A DNA stretch of 64,000 nt, taken from contig CP086569.2 of assembly GCA_009914755.4 (NCBI GenBank), positions 13,376,001 to 13,440,000 on the forward strand. The letters are read 5' to 3'. Shown piece after piece: positions 14,648 to 29,655 of this stretch; the stretch's first letter is position 1, and each line of letters starts with the position of its first letter. The stretch is from the human T2T-CHM13v2.0 reference genome, Homo sapiens. The notes beneath the pieces were generated by a model. That model saw nothing but the letters and a program-made list of their open reading frames with translations. It was not told the origin of the DNA and searched no databases. Both the position numbers and the translations under genes were made by a program.

Positions 14648-15132
14648 CAATTTCTATTTTTAACAGGAATATTTAACATTAAAATATCAAAATCTAGCAA
14701 TATCTAACTACTTTTACTCAGTTCTTCCCTTTCTTATCCACCTGTGAAGGTAGCCTAATCTTTAGAAAATAAGGTTCACTTTATTGTTAACACCAGTTAT
14801 TATTTTTTTTAAAACAGCTAACAATCACTTAGTTTTACCAGCTTGTTTGCAATGTCTTTGGCTGGCATTGCTATTCACATCCTGCTGTGCTATTCAGGGT
14901 GTGAATTTCTTCTTACATCAGAGCATAATTTGGAAGATTTTTTCAGCAAGAATTGCAGAGCTCCTTGTTGGAAATCTTTACACCATCATCACTCTCCAAC
15001 AGCAATTTAGCTGCATTTTCAATTCTTGCTTAATAGTGAACATTTCCTGAACAACCTATAAACGCCTGTCTATTTACTTCCTGACATCTCTCATGGCCAT
15101 CAAGGAGTCTGCTAGAAGTCTGGGAGTTATTT

Positions 15133-15417
15133 CTTTTTCTTTTTTTATGAGATGGAGTCTTGCTCTGTCACCCAGGTTGGAATGCAGTGGCGTGATTTTG
15201 GTTCACTGCAACCTCAAGTGATTCTCTTGCCTCAGCTTCCTGAGTAGCTGGGATTACAGGCATGTGCCATCATGCCCAGCTAATTTTTGGTACATTTAGT
15301 AGAAACAGGGTTTCGTCATGTTGGCCAGGTTGATCTCAAACTCCTGACCTCACATGATCTGCCTACCTTGGCCTCTCAAATTGCTGGGACTACAGGCATG
15401 AGCCACTGCCCTCCGCC
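15133..15417 (-). mobile_element. Alu
   Basis: Poly-T then reverse-complement full Alu. Confidence 0.9.
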
Positions 15418-15443
15418 AAAGGTTACCTTTTTAATCAAAAAAA

Positions 15444-16230
15444 ATAAATTGAGGTGAAATTTGCATATAAATAACCATTTAAAAGTGAACAATTCGGGAG
15501 CATTTAGAACATTCACAATGTTATGCAACCATCACCTCTGTGTGCTTCCAGAACACTTTCATTTCCCCAAAAGGAGACCTAGAATTAATTAAGCAGTCAC
15601 TCTCCTTTTCCCCTCCAGCCCCTGGCAGTCACGACACTACTTCTGGTCCTGTGGATTTGCCTAGTCTTGAAATTTAATATTCATAAAAATATCCACTATG
15701 TGATCTTTTGTGTCTGGCTTCTTTCTCTTTGCAAAATGTTTTTGAGGGTCAACCATTTTGCACAATTTTCAGTGCTTCATTCCTTTTCAAGGCTAAATAA
15801 TATTCCATTGTGTGGATGGACCACATTTTGTTTATCCATTCCTTCCACTGTTGAACATGTGAGTTATTTCTACCTTTTAGCTATAATGAATAGTGCTGCT
15901 CTGAACATTTGCATATATGTTTTTCTTGGAACACCTGTTTTGAATTATCTTGAGTGTATACCTAGGAGTGGAATTGCTGGTTCATAGAGTAATTCTATAT
16001 TTAACTTTTTTAGTATCCACCAAAACATTTATTCACAGTGACTGTACCATTTTAGACTCCCACCAGCAACATACAAACATTCCAGTTTCGTCACATCTTT
16101 GCCAACACTTGTTATTTTCCATTTTAGATTTTAGCCAACTCAGTGGGTACGAAGTGGTGCTTCACTGTGGTTGTGATTTACATTTGCCTTATACCACATT
16201 TTGCTTTCAATATCTGCTATCTGGTACAGT
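15444..16230 (-). mobile_element. Old L1 (L1M-type) 3' end: 3'UTR plus ORF2 C-terminal region, antisense on plus strand
   Basis: Matches the remembered L1M antisense consensus (aacattcacaatgttatgcaaccatcacc ... ggctaaataatattccattgtgtgg ... tatacctaggagtggaattgctgg). Confidence 0.7.
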
Positions 16231-17184
16231 TGTTGCATCTCCTTCATACACCCTACAGTTCTGTAAAACTTCCTCAACCATCCCTCCATAAGCATCAGTT
16301 CAAGGACATTGCCTCAGTTTTCCCAGCCAAAGAGTCACTCACCTGAGTTTGGCTTCTTGGTGGGTTCTGTGAACAAAGAGAGAAAATAAATGCAATATGC
16401 ATTGAAGTGTCACTGGAAGCACAAACAAAGGCCATAAATGCCCTGATGAAAGATGAAAAGGGAGTGACAAAGCAATACAAAGTAAATAATATGGACACAA
16501 ATTCCATGTTGAATTCAGAAAAAAAGCAAGAAAACACCCTTAAAATTCATTAAAAAACAATCAATCCACCCTTGAGGCTATGAGGATGCCCACAGGATGG
16601 CTGAAGTAGCTGAGAACATCCAATACAGGTAAGTGAGCCACCTGCCCATAGAGCCACCATAGAGCTGGACGGTGGAGGGCGGGGCAGGGGGAAGGCAAAA
16701 GAAAAGATGGAGAAAGACTTGCAGCTTCCAGAATGATGGCTTTTCTCACTTTCTTTCATTCATTCATTTATTCATTCAGCAAATATGTATGCATGGATGT
16801 GGATATCAGGTCAGGAGTGCTCACAGTGCAGCCTGTGACTGCCCTGCTCAATGAACCTGGGTTTGCAGTGTGGATGGGCAGACAAGGGCAGGAGGAGGTT
16901 TGAGGAAGATGGCTCACAGGAGGCAGAGTCAGCCATAGCTGGGAAAATTGGAGCTTCAGGGCTGTGCAGGCCAGACTTCTTCCAAACAGAGGAAACAGTG
17001 TATTTGAAAGCATGGTTTACATAACAGCCTAGCATTGCCTTGATAGGAGGCAGCTAGAACATAGGGGTGTGTGTGTGGTGGGGAAATTCACTGGGAGTGC
17101 AGAGACTGCAAAAAGGAGAGCTTGAAGCTCCAAATGCAGCATATGGTTTCACATGTCCTGTATTTTAATTGAAGGTTTCCCATA

Positions 17185-17730
17185 TCCTTTTCTCCCTATT
17201 GCCACCTCCCTCTCCCTCCCTGCCCTCCCTACTTCCTTCCTCCTCTCCTTCCTTCCTTCTCTCCTTTCTTCCTTCCTCCCCTCTTTCCTTTTGCTCCTTC
17301 TTCTTGCCTTCTTCCACACCTTCCTTTCTTCTTTCCTCCCTGTTCTCAATCCTTTCTTCTCTTCCTCTCTCCTTCCTTCCCTCCTTCCTCACCTTATTCT
17401 TTCCTTCGTTTCTTTCTTCCTCCTTTCTTCCCCAACTTTCTGTCTTTCCTTCCTTCCCTCCTTTCTTTCTTTCCTCCTTGCTTCCTACTCTTCTTCCTTC
17501 CTTCCCTCCCTCAGTCTTTCCTTATCTCCTCTCCTTTCTTCTTCCTTCCATCCATCCTTCCCTGTCTCTTTCCTTTTCTTCTCTTCTTCCTTCTCTCCTA
17601 TTTTCCTGCCTCACTTCCTCTTTTCTCCCTCCTTTCTTTGTTTTCTTCTTTTTTGCTTCTCTTCCTTTTCCCTTTCTCCCTCGTCCTACCCTCCCTCCCT
17701 CTCTCCCGTCTTTCCTTTCTCTGTCTGCTT
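17185..17730 (+). repeat. Pyrimidine-rich (CT/TCC/TTCC-like) low-complexity tract, about 545 bp (plus strand)
   Basis: Long run dominated by C and T on the plus strand, with only sporadic purines; composition judged by eye, not counted. Translates to the S/L/P-rich pseudo-ORFs 17153-17761 and 17169-17735. Confidence 0.95.
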
Positions 17731-18039
17731 TTTAAAATGTAAAATTATAACGATTTTTTAAAATAGTGATACACTCACAGAGTTTCTTAAAGCCCAGGCA
17801 GTATAGACAGTGAAAAGTGAATTCCCCACAGTCGCCATGCAGGTGACTGTGGTTCCTATGCACTGGGGCTTCCTTCCCATAAGGAAGGGCTGTCTATGAA
17901 CAGGCACATGCCTGCCCATTCATGGGAGGCTCTTGGTAGCAAAACGATGCTTTCAAAGATGTGTTTGCAGGCACTGGCAGTCCTCTAGGTGAGCAATGAA
18001 AATGTAGTAGCAGGTGAGTGGAAAGGGAGTTTATTTCTG

Positions 18040-18900
18040 TGATTTTTAAAAAATCAATGTGAAACTCACATATCATAAAATTTGACATTTTAAGGAGTAC
18101 AATTCAATGGTGTTTCATATATTCACAATATTGTACAATCACCAGCTGTATCTAGTTCCAGAACAGTTTCATCCCCCCAAAAGGAGACCCCATAACCGTG
18201 AGCAGTCCCTCCCTTTTCTCCCCTCTTCCAGCCCAACAATCGCTAATCCACTTTCTGTCTCTCTGAATTTGCCTATTCTGGACATTTCATATTAATGGGA
18301 TCCTACACCCTGTGGCCTTTTGTGCCTGGCTTCTTTCACTGAGCACATTTTCAAGGCTCATGTAGCACGCATCAGAACCCCCTTCCTTTTTAACAGCCAA
18401 ATCATATTCTGTTGCCTGGAGGGACCACATTCTGTTCATTCATTCATCCCCTGATGGACAGTTGGGTTGTTTCCACCTTTGGCTTATTGTGAATATTGCT
18501 GCTGCAAACATGGGTACACAAATAACTGTTTGAGTCCCTGCTCCCAATTCTCTTGGGTATCTGTCTAGAAGTGGAACTCCTGGGTCACATGTCAGTGATC
18601 TTTCAGATCAATAACGTCTTGTTCTTTATCTGAGCCTACCAGCCAGCCCCTCCTTCACTATTGCACAGGGTTCTCTTGCAGATATGCCTCATTCTTTATC
18701 CAGACCAAACGCTGGTGCTACATACTCGGTCTGAATTTTGGAGATAATCCCCCAATGCTTCCAAAGTGGTTGCAACCACACACCTGCCTCCAACCCCCAC
18801 CCCTCAATCTGCCTTGACAGGGTAGGATTCAACCTTCACCTTTTCTAACTTCATGGGAGAAATGGCATCTCCATGTTGGGGTGAGTCATTACATTTTCCT
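18040..18900 (-). mobile_element. Old L1 (L1M-type) 3' end fragment, antisense
   Basis: Same consensus match as 15444-16230, starting with the reverse-complement L1M 3'UTR terminus at 18040-18130. Confidence 0.65.
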
Positions 18901-19492
18901 GTTGCACTGACAACAATTTTGTATCTGCTTTGTAGGATAATTATTAGCAAAAACATCACAGTGTGCAGAAAACTTGGAGAGAGATGAGTTCCTATCATCT
19001 TGTTTTTGGCTTTTTAGGATCAGATCTGGTTATCATTCTCTCTTCCTCCAACAAACACCATTATGCAACTGCACTGGTCAACCAGTTGTTCCCAATGCTA
19101 AAGCCCAATGGATTCTTCCTCTGTGTACACAAAAGTTTATTTTTCTTTCAAAATAAATCTTTGCATTGGAAACCAAATCTTTCCCTTTCTCCCAATCACC
19201 ACTATCAGAATACACCTGAATCTCAATTAGACTCTCTGCCTCAAGCAGGACATTCTCCTGGGTCCGGGATGCATATTTTCAGCTTTCCGTTGAGCCACTA
19301 AGTTTCCAGCTGAACTTGGATGGACAAAAAACACAGAATGGGAAGATTCCAGGCCCTAAGTGCCCTGGAATAGAAAAATTCACAGCCTCATGAGTGAAGG
19401 TGACCAGAGAAGCCAGTGGGAAAATGGAATGTAGTGTGCTCTGGGAGGGTGTGCGACAATGAGGGATATGAACTGAACTGTAAGAAAAGCAG

Positions 19493-19803
19493 GTCCTGGT
19501 CCAGGCATGCTGGTGCACCTCTGTAATACCAGGATTTTGAGAGACCAAGGTGGAAGAATTGCTTGAGCCCAGGAGTTTGAGGCCAGCCTAGGCAACATAG
19601 TTGCCTACAAAAAATAAATAAAAATAACTGGCATGGGGGCACACACCAGTAGTTTCAGCTGCTTGTGAGGCTGAGGTGGGAAGATTGCTTGAGCCAGAAA
19701 GTTGAGGCTGTGTGTTAAGTTATGATTGCACCACAGCACTCCAGCTTGGGCAACAGAGAAAGACTCCCATCTCAATAAAATAATATAAAATAAAATAATA
19801 AGA
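19493..19803 (+). mobile_element. Alu (old, diverged)
   Basis: Dimeric Alu with an AAAT-rich tail. Confidence 0.85.
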
Positions 19804-20284
19804 TACTAGCATATTCCTAAACCACAGGCTTCAGAAGTACAGACCTACCAGGAAATGAGTCTGAGAGTTTCAGAGAGTGTGTAAAGGTTTGTCTCAAGGT
19901 GTCTGCAATCTCCTGTGAAGAACAGAGATCTCAAAATGAAGAAATTCCCAACACTGGCCCAACCCAACCCCAAAGTAACTATACAGCTGATGCTGTTAGA
20001 CTTGAGCTGAAAAAAGAAGGCTCCCCTTGAAATATCAGCTCTTACCAGGGTCAACAAGGGCGTCTGCTAAGTCTCTTTGACCTATTGGGAGTAAACAGGG
20101 CATAAGTCACCCCATGATGGAAAGGCCAGAATCACCTTTGTTCCTCACCTCACGCTGCTCCCCTCCTACTGCAAGCCTAAGGTCACCCAGAGGACTCAAA
20201 CTAACCTGACCATGAGCTATGTGGGAGATGCAACCACCACCTCCACCTAGTCCCAGAGCATACTCATCACCCAGTACAAGACCA

Positions 20285-20500
20285 GTGTCCCCATTCAGCA
20301 GTCAATTCCCCTCTGCCTCCCCAGCCCCTGACAAACACTAATCCACTTTCTGTCTCCATGAATTGTCTATTCTGCAAATTTCATGTAAATAGAATCCTAC
20401 AATATGTGGTATTTTGTGCCTGGCTTCTTTCACTGAGCATGATGCTTCCGAGTTGCATTGACATTGCAACTTGTGTCAGAGCTTCATTCCTACTCATGGC
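20285..20500 (-). mobile_element. L1M-type fragment
   Basis: cccctgacaaacactaatccactttctgtctccatgaattg...tttgtgcctggcttctttcactgagcat matches the same L1M antisense consensus. Confidence 0.55.
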
Positions 20501-20516
20501 CAGGGAACTTTGAAGG

Positions 20517-20556
20517 AAGCTTCTCTCCAAGCACATAGACTTCTCTCCAAGCACAT
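20517..20556. repeat. Tandem duplication of 2 x 20 bp (ttctctccaagcacatagac)
   Basis: Direct read. Confidence 0.9.
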
Positions 20557-20619
20557 AGACTTCTCTCCTGGACTCTCCCACTCACAGCTTAAGATTGGGA
20601 TTTCCCTCATACATAAACA

Positions 20620-20627
20620 AACACATA

Positions 20628-20665
<38 letters not shown>
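20620..20665. repeat. (CA)n microsatellite, interrupted
   Basis: Direct read. Confidence 0.95.
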
Positions 20666-20671
<6 letters not shown>

Positions 20672-21852
20672 AGGTTGAGAGGGGCTGCCTTAGGAGAAGG
20701 TGAAGCAGAACAATATGAGGGTCCCGGATCCCTGAGAGACTATATGGAGCAGAGGACTCCTTTGCCACATCCCCTGGATGCAACACAAGGGACAAACTTT
20801 TAATTCTTTGGGGGCTGTTTGTTACAGCAGCTAGCCTACACTGACAAATACAGATCAGGAAGCAACCTGTGTGGACAAGCTGAGGTTCCTACCTGATCCA
20901 AAAGCAGTTAACCTAATGAATGTGTCTGCAGCAGAGAGATGAGAACATTCACATCTTTGTGACTCATCATTAAAAATATACTGCAGAATTTGTGAGGGTG
21001 ACGGGTCCCTCTTGCTGACATATATGCACACCTTGCCCTTGTTTCTCCCTTAACCCCTGCAAATACCAACCCTGCAGAGAAAATACCACTGGAGAACTTA
21101 CCAGGAAGTAGAGGATGCAGCTGGGAGGGCACTGAATCAGCATTCCTATGCATTGAGTTCTATTGCAGTAATGCCAGGCACCAAAGCATCTCATCTGCCA
21201 ACCTGAGGATGCTGGTATGACCAGCATGCATATTTCCCAAAGGAAGAAACTAAGTTCTGGCAGGTTTAGGGCAAGACAGGAGCAGTCAGAATTTTCAGAA
21301 TTGTCCAGGGGTGAAAATGTCTTGCTCAAACACTAAGCCCTGGAGGAGGCTAAGCCTGGAGAACCCAGTGAGCTCTTTTTGGTGGGTCTCCCCCACCTCT
21401 GTTATCATCTCCCTTGCAGAAATCCATCTGCCTGGATGATGTTTACTCTGGGGTAAGGTTCAAGGGCTCCCATATAGATTCATACAGTCTGTGGCATGAC
21501 TGCAACCAGATGCCACCAGGCATGCTTTATAGCTCCTTGTGGAGGCAATTAGGGCCTCTCCAGAGCAGAAGGTGCATCCCCAAGCAGGAGTCCCTAAGTG
21601 AGGACAAAATTACAAACCTTGGAGGGAAGGGGAACTCTGAGCCCAGGGTGCACACAACAGCCGCCCCGGGCCCAGACTGGAGGCTGGGAGCTGGCGGTGC
21701 CATCACAGGTCAAATCCCACACGGCCATTTCTCTCAAACTCTGGGAGCCCCCATGTCCCTCTCAGATGACGTTCTCTGTTACCAGTGATCACTACAGGCT
21801 CCCCTATAAGAACAACCTGGCCTGTCTTTGATCTCCCCAGCAATCTCCCAAT

Positions 21853-22052
21853 TTTTTTTTTTTTTTTTTGTATATTTGGTTTTTTAGATGGAGTCTCACT
21901 CTGTCGCCCAGGCTAGAGTGCAATGGCATAATCTCAGCCTACTCCAACCTCCTCCTCCTGGGTTCAATAATTCTTGTTCCTCACCTCAAGTGATCCACCT
22001 GCCTCAGCCTCCCAAAATGGTGGGATTACAGGAGTGAGCCTCCACATCTGGC
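21853..22052 (-). mobile_element. Alu with internal deletion
   Basis: Poly-T, partial right monomer, then a jump to the left monomer. Confidence 0.8.
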
Positions 22053-24387
22053 CTCCTCCAACTCTCTTGGTCATCACCGTCCAAGCTGCTCAGACTGGGC
22101 TGGGGGACGGGAGCCATGTCAGTCTCTTGGATCCATGAGACATCTCCCCTCTGAGGCTGTCAGCAGTTCCAGTTGAGACACCTGTCCAGGACCCCAGAGT
22201 TAAGTGTCTTGGCTATGCATACACCCTGAGAATTTAGATTCCGATTTAGATTCACCATTGACCAATATCTTTCACTGTGTTATATCTTGGCACATCTCAG
22301 CAGTTCCAGGCATCCCCTCAGCAACCACTTAACAATCTCCTCTAATCTCTGCACCCAGACCACTCCCTGCTGTTGCCCTAAATAACCAAAGGCCTCGGTG
22401 TTATCTCTCCCCTCCCAGCCCCTCCTCTCGAAATGCTGTTGCATAAAACAGGCAGGTGGCACGGGAGGGCTGCAGACAGCTCGTCTCATCCTGCAGCAGG
22501 AGGCCAGGTTGCAGCGGAGGCTCCTTCAGCTTTGAGATGCTCCGGATGACCCTGAGAGATGACAGGAATTAGGGGTGGGGAGGATCACAGAGGAAGCGGA
22601 GCCTGGGGTTTTAGGCTTTGCTTGGTTTCCGGGGTTGCACTGCAGCCAGAAGTTGCTGCATGCGTGACTCACACACATGAGGCTGCTGTCGGTCACACCT
22701 AGACCTCGTTACATAAACCAGACAGACTCTGGCCAGCATATGGCCGCCTGAGCACTAAGAGTCTCCAGTCTTGCACACCAGGCAGGGCCCCCTGACCTCT
22801 CTCCTCTCCAGGGAAGTTATAGCAAAGCCATGGCTGGGGTCCTCATGGGCCTGGAGTAAGACCCCTGGGCTGGGAGATGTCTCAGGTAAACAGCGCTAAC
22901 TCTGGTGTCTCTGTCTCCAAGGTCGGGTTGCACATGACACTATTGCTTTTGCAGGGTTTATTTTCTTCTGAGAACGTAAGATGGGGCAGGACAGGAGATC
23001 TGTTTCTGATTTGTTTTGCTTCTACTTAGTGAACTTAGCAGTTTTTAATCAAACCCTTGTGTTCTGGGATCCCTAAACCCCCAAGAAGAAAGCAATCTCA
23101 TTTTGTGCTGCGACTATGGCATCCTGGAGATGTAGATTAAGTGGCTCACCTCAGGACCCTTTGGAGCAAAGCCATGTGATGTAGTGCTTGGAGGCATTCT
23201 TCTGTAGCCTGGAGTCACCAAATCCCTCTTGAGTTCAAATTCCACCCCTGCCAGATTCAAAGATTCTTCTTATTAGAGTTCCGCCACCCTCTGAATTCTT
23301 TACATTGATTCAGACATACAAGTTGTTCAGGTTCAGAAAATGATACCCCCAAATGCAGGCCTTAGTAACAGCCTCAGAAGCAGAAGCTTGTCTTAGAACT
23401 TCTCCAGCTCTCCTGTCTCTGAGTCCCATTCTCCTGAGGCACTGTAGGGACGAGAATCCATCTTCCCCAAGGCAGGTCCCAGAAACAAGAACGACTTTTT
23501 CCCGAAGCCAGCCATAAAACCTAAAAACAGGACTCTAACTTTCCCTCTATTCTATCTGTACAAAGACTGGCCATGAGGAAATTACCTGACCTCTTCTTGT
23601 TTGGGCATCCTAAGAACCCCATTCCAGAGAGGGTCCCGCCTCACACCCAGAAGGAAGGAGTGCTGCTCAGAGAGGCCAAGAAGAATCTAGACACACAGGT
23701 CTGGCTGGGTTTCCCCACTCAGACCATTAGCATTGGATCAGGCCCTTTTTGTCCAACCCTATTTCTACACAGCTGTCCAGACTTGGTTGAACTAAAGCAT
23801 AAAAATGGACCATCTCCCCTTGTATCTGGGGTCTTCATTCTGAATGCTCCTGTGTATACACGTTAAGTACATTTGTTATGTCTTTTCTCCAATTAATCAA
23901 TCTGCTTCATGTCCATGATTTTTAGCAAATCTTCAGGGGCCATGACCCCACAAAATCAATATAACAAACAACAATTTTGCAAAGCAGAGTGCTGTTGTTG
24001 GAATAATAATTACACAATGTCAAGGTCAATGCCCACTGAACATTACCTGCCTCCAGGCAATGGTTGCCACATAGCACAGAAGAGCAATCAGCCCACACCC
24101 AAACCTCCACTTCCCATTGAATTATTTACCTCAATCTAAAGAAGAAAATCAGCTCCCAGCAGGCTCTGAGCAGAAAATAAAAAGGAACATACAGAGACTG
24201 TCTAAATCCCTGACACCAATTATAGCTATTATCAGCAGAATTTATACACTGCGGAATTGAATGAGAACCAACTGCAATCATTACGGGACGTGCAACCACA
24301 TTAGTAAATTCAGACAGGCTCTTCTGTTTCATTATTAAATCCAATGTCCTTTGATCTGTGTGTCCAGGAGAAACATCTGCCCTTTAA

Positions 24388-24709
<322 letters not shown>

Positions 24710-24994
24710 TAGGATTGTACTGGTTTCCTGTGAAGTGTTCATTTAAACCAATCTTTCTGGGATCAGCTGCTGCAGTTGAAGACAGTGGGTCTTAAACCCA
24801 TAGAACCCTTCTCACCTTGAGGAAACTCACAGAGGGGAAAGTTCTGAGGTTTTACAAAGCTGGCACAGGGACCCCAAGAAGAACAAATCTTGACTTCCTT
24901 TAGGCAAATCCTAAGGTTTCTCTTTGACTCCTGTTCAGCAATTAAAAAATATATATGTGTATATATAGAAAGCATATGATAATTGTTCTTAGGG

Positions 24995-26051
24995 GTCTGG
25001 AATCAGACCCCAGGAGAGGGTTCTTGGATCTTGCACAAGAAAGAATTTGCAGTAAGTCCATAGAGTAAAGTGAAAGCAAGTTTATTAGGAAAGTAAAGGA
25101 ATAAAGAATGGCTGCTCCCTAGAATACAGCCACTGGTGGCCCATTTGTATGGTTCTTTCTTGAGGATATGCTAAACAAGGAGTGGCTTATTCATGCCTCC
25201 TCTTTTTAGACCATATAGGGTAACTTCTGATATTGCCATGGCATTTGTAACTGTCATGGGGCTGGTGGGAAGATACCAGTGAGGACCACCCGAGGTCACT
25301 CTCGTCGCCATCTTGGATTTGGTAAAATTTGGCCGACTTCTTTACGGCAAGCTGTTTCATCAGCAAGGTCTTTATGACTTGTGTCTTGTGTCAACCTCCT
25401 ATCTCATCCTGTGCCTTAGAATGCCTTGACCATCAGGGAATGCAGCCCAGCAGCTCTCGGCCTCATTTTACACAGACCCTACTCAAGCTGGAGTTGCTCT
25501 GGTTCAAACACCTCCCACTAACTCAACTTAGGTCCACCGGCCCTGTGCAGTAAAGCCGAACACTGCCATCAGGATTGCAGCGTGAGGAAGTGAGGCGTTT
25601 ATTCCAAGCTATTTAGAAGGCATCAAGCAACCTCCTTGATGCCTTAAGACCCAACCTCCTGGGTGGCCAGTAGGTGGGGGTTTTCAGTGGCAAGGAGGCA
25701 GAGGTTATAGGCAAAGCCATAATACATGCAGGCTATACATTGCTTTGATCTAAAAAGGCGGGATACCTGGAAGCAGGGGCTTAATGTGGATTCAAAGTTT
25801 CTCTGATTTGTCATTGGTTAAGGAGGCGAAGTTTGTCTGAGCATTTGGGGTCAGCAGAAATCAATGTTAGTTCTGGCCCATGGGTGTGACTTCCTCCAGC
25901 TCTCCACCCTCCATGTCTCTAGGAAGGAATTTACAGCAAATATTGGTAATGAGAATTCAGTTTCTCTTACCTGAGGTCTATAAGCCAGCAGATGGCATTT
26001 GTCATTTGGTGGGGGTCTGGGTTCCTGCAAATCAACTCAGGACCATATATT
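24995..26051. repeat. Unclassified LTR-like interspersed repeat (family not assigned)
   Basis: Its start, ctggaatcagaccccaggagagggttcttggatcttgcacaagaaagaatt, and internal blocks (ccatcttgg..., gtctttatgac.tgt.tcttgtg.caacctcctatctcatcctgtg.cttagaatgcc) match a remembered human LTR-type consensus whose name I cannot give with confidence. Confidence 0.35.
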
Positions 26052-26064
26052 AAGATGTTATTTT

Positions 26065-27092
<1,028 letters not shown>

Positions 27093-27454
27093 TGTATGTC
27101 TGTAACACAACAGACAGGGTCTGCAGGGGTCGAAGTATTTTGTCATCAAAGAGGAAGGAATGATCATTCATCATAAAAGGCAAGACATCTTTGGTGCAAG
27201 GAAAACTCAAGAAAAATACCGCAGACCATGCAATGAGGCACTGGTCGATGGAGTGTTGTAAACCCGTCTTCCCAGAGTGGCATGCACATGGATCCCTCAG
27301 CACATGGGTGACACACAGACTATGCTTCAGCAGGTCTGTCTGGGCCCAAGACACATTGTTTCTCATCAGCTCCCAGGGGATGTCAAGGCTGCAGATCCAT
27401 GGATCTCACTTTGCAGGACAGAGACTTGGTAATGGCTTCCCAGAGTTGTTACAA

Positions 27455-28682
27455 AGAAATCCCAAAGACTGGGCCCCTTAAACAACAACCTTGATTCTCA
27501 CAGTCCTTGAGGCTAGAAGTCTGAGATCAAGCTATGGCCAGGGCTGGTTCCTCCTGAGGCCTCTCTCCTTGGGTTGTAGATGCTGTCTTCTCCCTGTGTC
27601 CTCACAGGGTTGTCCCTCTGTGTGTGTCTGTGTCCTCATCTCCTCTTCTTATGAGGTGTCTTAGTCCATTTCAGGCTGCTGTCACAGCATGCCGTAGACT
27701 GGGTGGCTTATCAGCAACAGACATTGATTCTCCCACAGTCCTGGAAGCTGGACGTCTGAGATCAGGGTATGGGCAGGGCTGCTTCCTCCTGAGGCCTCTG
27801 TCCTGGGCTTGTAGATGCTGTCTTCTCCATGTGTCCCCATGTGGTCATCCCTCTGTGGGTGTGTCTGTTTCCTCATCTGCTCTTCTAATGAGATGTCTTA
27901 GTCCATTGCAGGCTGCTATCACAGAATACCATAGGCTGGGTGGCTTATAAACCACAGAGTTTTATTCTTCCACAGTCCTGGAGGCTGGAATTCTGAGATC
28001 AAGGCATGGGCAGAGCTGGTTCCTCCTGAGGCCTCTCTTCTTGACTTGTAGATGCCGTCTTCTCCCTGTCTTTACAGGGTCATCCCTCTGTGTGTGTCTG
28101 TGTCCTTATCTACTCTTTTTATAAGGACCCCAGTCCTATTGTATCAGGGCACAACCTCCTGAGCTCATTGTACCCTTCTCACCTCTTTAAAGACCCCATC
28201 ACCAAACACAGTCATGTTCTGAGGTCCTAGGGATTAGGCCTTCAGTATATAAATTTTGGAGGCACAGAATCCAGCCCTTACAGAAATAACTCACTCATTG
28301 GAATACAAATATGTTTGTCTGCTGGGGCTGCTGCCATAGCAAAGTCCCACAGACCAGCCTGCTTAAATAGTGGACATTGATTCTCCCACAGATCTGGAGG
28401 CTGGAAGTCTGAGATCAAGGTGTGGGCAGGGCTGGTTCCTCCTGAGAACTCTCTCCTTGGCTTGTGGATGCCATCTTCTCCCTGAGTCCTCACAGAGTCA
28501 TCCCTCTGTGCATGTCTGTGTCCTTATCTCTTCTTTATAAGGTCCACAGTCCTATTGGATCAAGGCCCAACCTAGTGACCTCATTTTACCTGAATCACCT
28601 CTTTAAAGATCCCATCTCCAAACCCAGTCAAAATTGGAACTTCCATTTATAAAATTGAGGAGGGTACAATTCGGCTCACAGC
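27455..28682 (+). repeat. Tandem array of four MLT1-type (MaLR) LTR copies: two 5' partials and two full
   Basis: Unit starts tgtcttagtccatt at 27657 and 27893, and tgtttgtctgctggggctgctgccatagca at 28311. Each carries attctc(c)cacagtcctggaggctgga.gtctgagatcaagg. The full copies end ...tataaattttggagg and ...ggctcacagca. Matches the remembered MLT1 consensus tgtcttagtcc...catagca. Confidence 0.6.
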
Positions 28683-28823
28683 AGATTTAAACCATGGGAC
28701 ACGGTCAACTACTACCGCTGGACAGCCTGGTTCAGTGGAGACAGCCAGGGTTTGGGAATCTGGAGAGAGAGTTTCATCTCAGCTACATCACAGGCCTGGC
28801 CCATGCCCTCAACAATACTCTTC

Positions 28824-29144
<321 letters not shown>

Positions 29145-29321
29145 TCTTCCTTAAAGTTAATGTCAGTATCCTTTTCTTCATTGGCAAACTCAGGAGAACC
29201 ATGATTCTGCTGAACACACAGGGCTGCGGGGAGAGGTGGGTGAGATAGCTTAAGGAAAGAGATTTACAAAACTAGACGTTTTTCAGCATGGAGGAACTGT
29301 CATTAAATATATAGAAACCCT

Positions 29322-29655
<334 letters not shown>

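Noticed and set aside
16600-16640. A consensus splice donor caatacag|gtaagtgagcc preceded by a ~240-bp stop-free stretch
   Set aside because: No convincing ORF or acceptor, and no conservation can be assessed from sequence. Donor-like GTAAGT motifs occur by chance about once per few kb.
16745-16830. A possible MIR fragment (ttcattcattcatttattcattcagcaaatat...)
   Set aside because: Similarity to the MIR 3' region fades after about 35 bp. It is too short and diverged to call without a profile search.
17153-17761. The 202-aa and 188-aa plus-strand ORFs and the 75-aa minus ORF rich in S, L, P and E/R/K
   Set aside because: These are pure translation of the pyrimidine-rich tract (and its purine complement). 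They have no start context, no domain, and identical low complexity in all frames. The same applies to ORF 29985-30536.
27455-28682. Regularly spaced repeats that could be mistaken for a CRISPR-like array, and likewise 47600-47970
   Set aside because: The units are 235-415 bp transposon-derived LTR copies, or a 60-bp AT-rich minisatellite, with no repeat-spacer architecture. This is a eukaryotic context, where CRISPR is not applicable.
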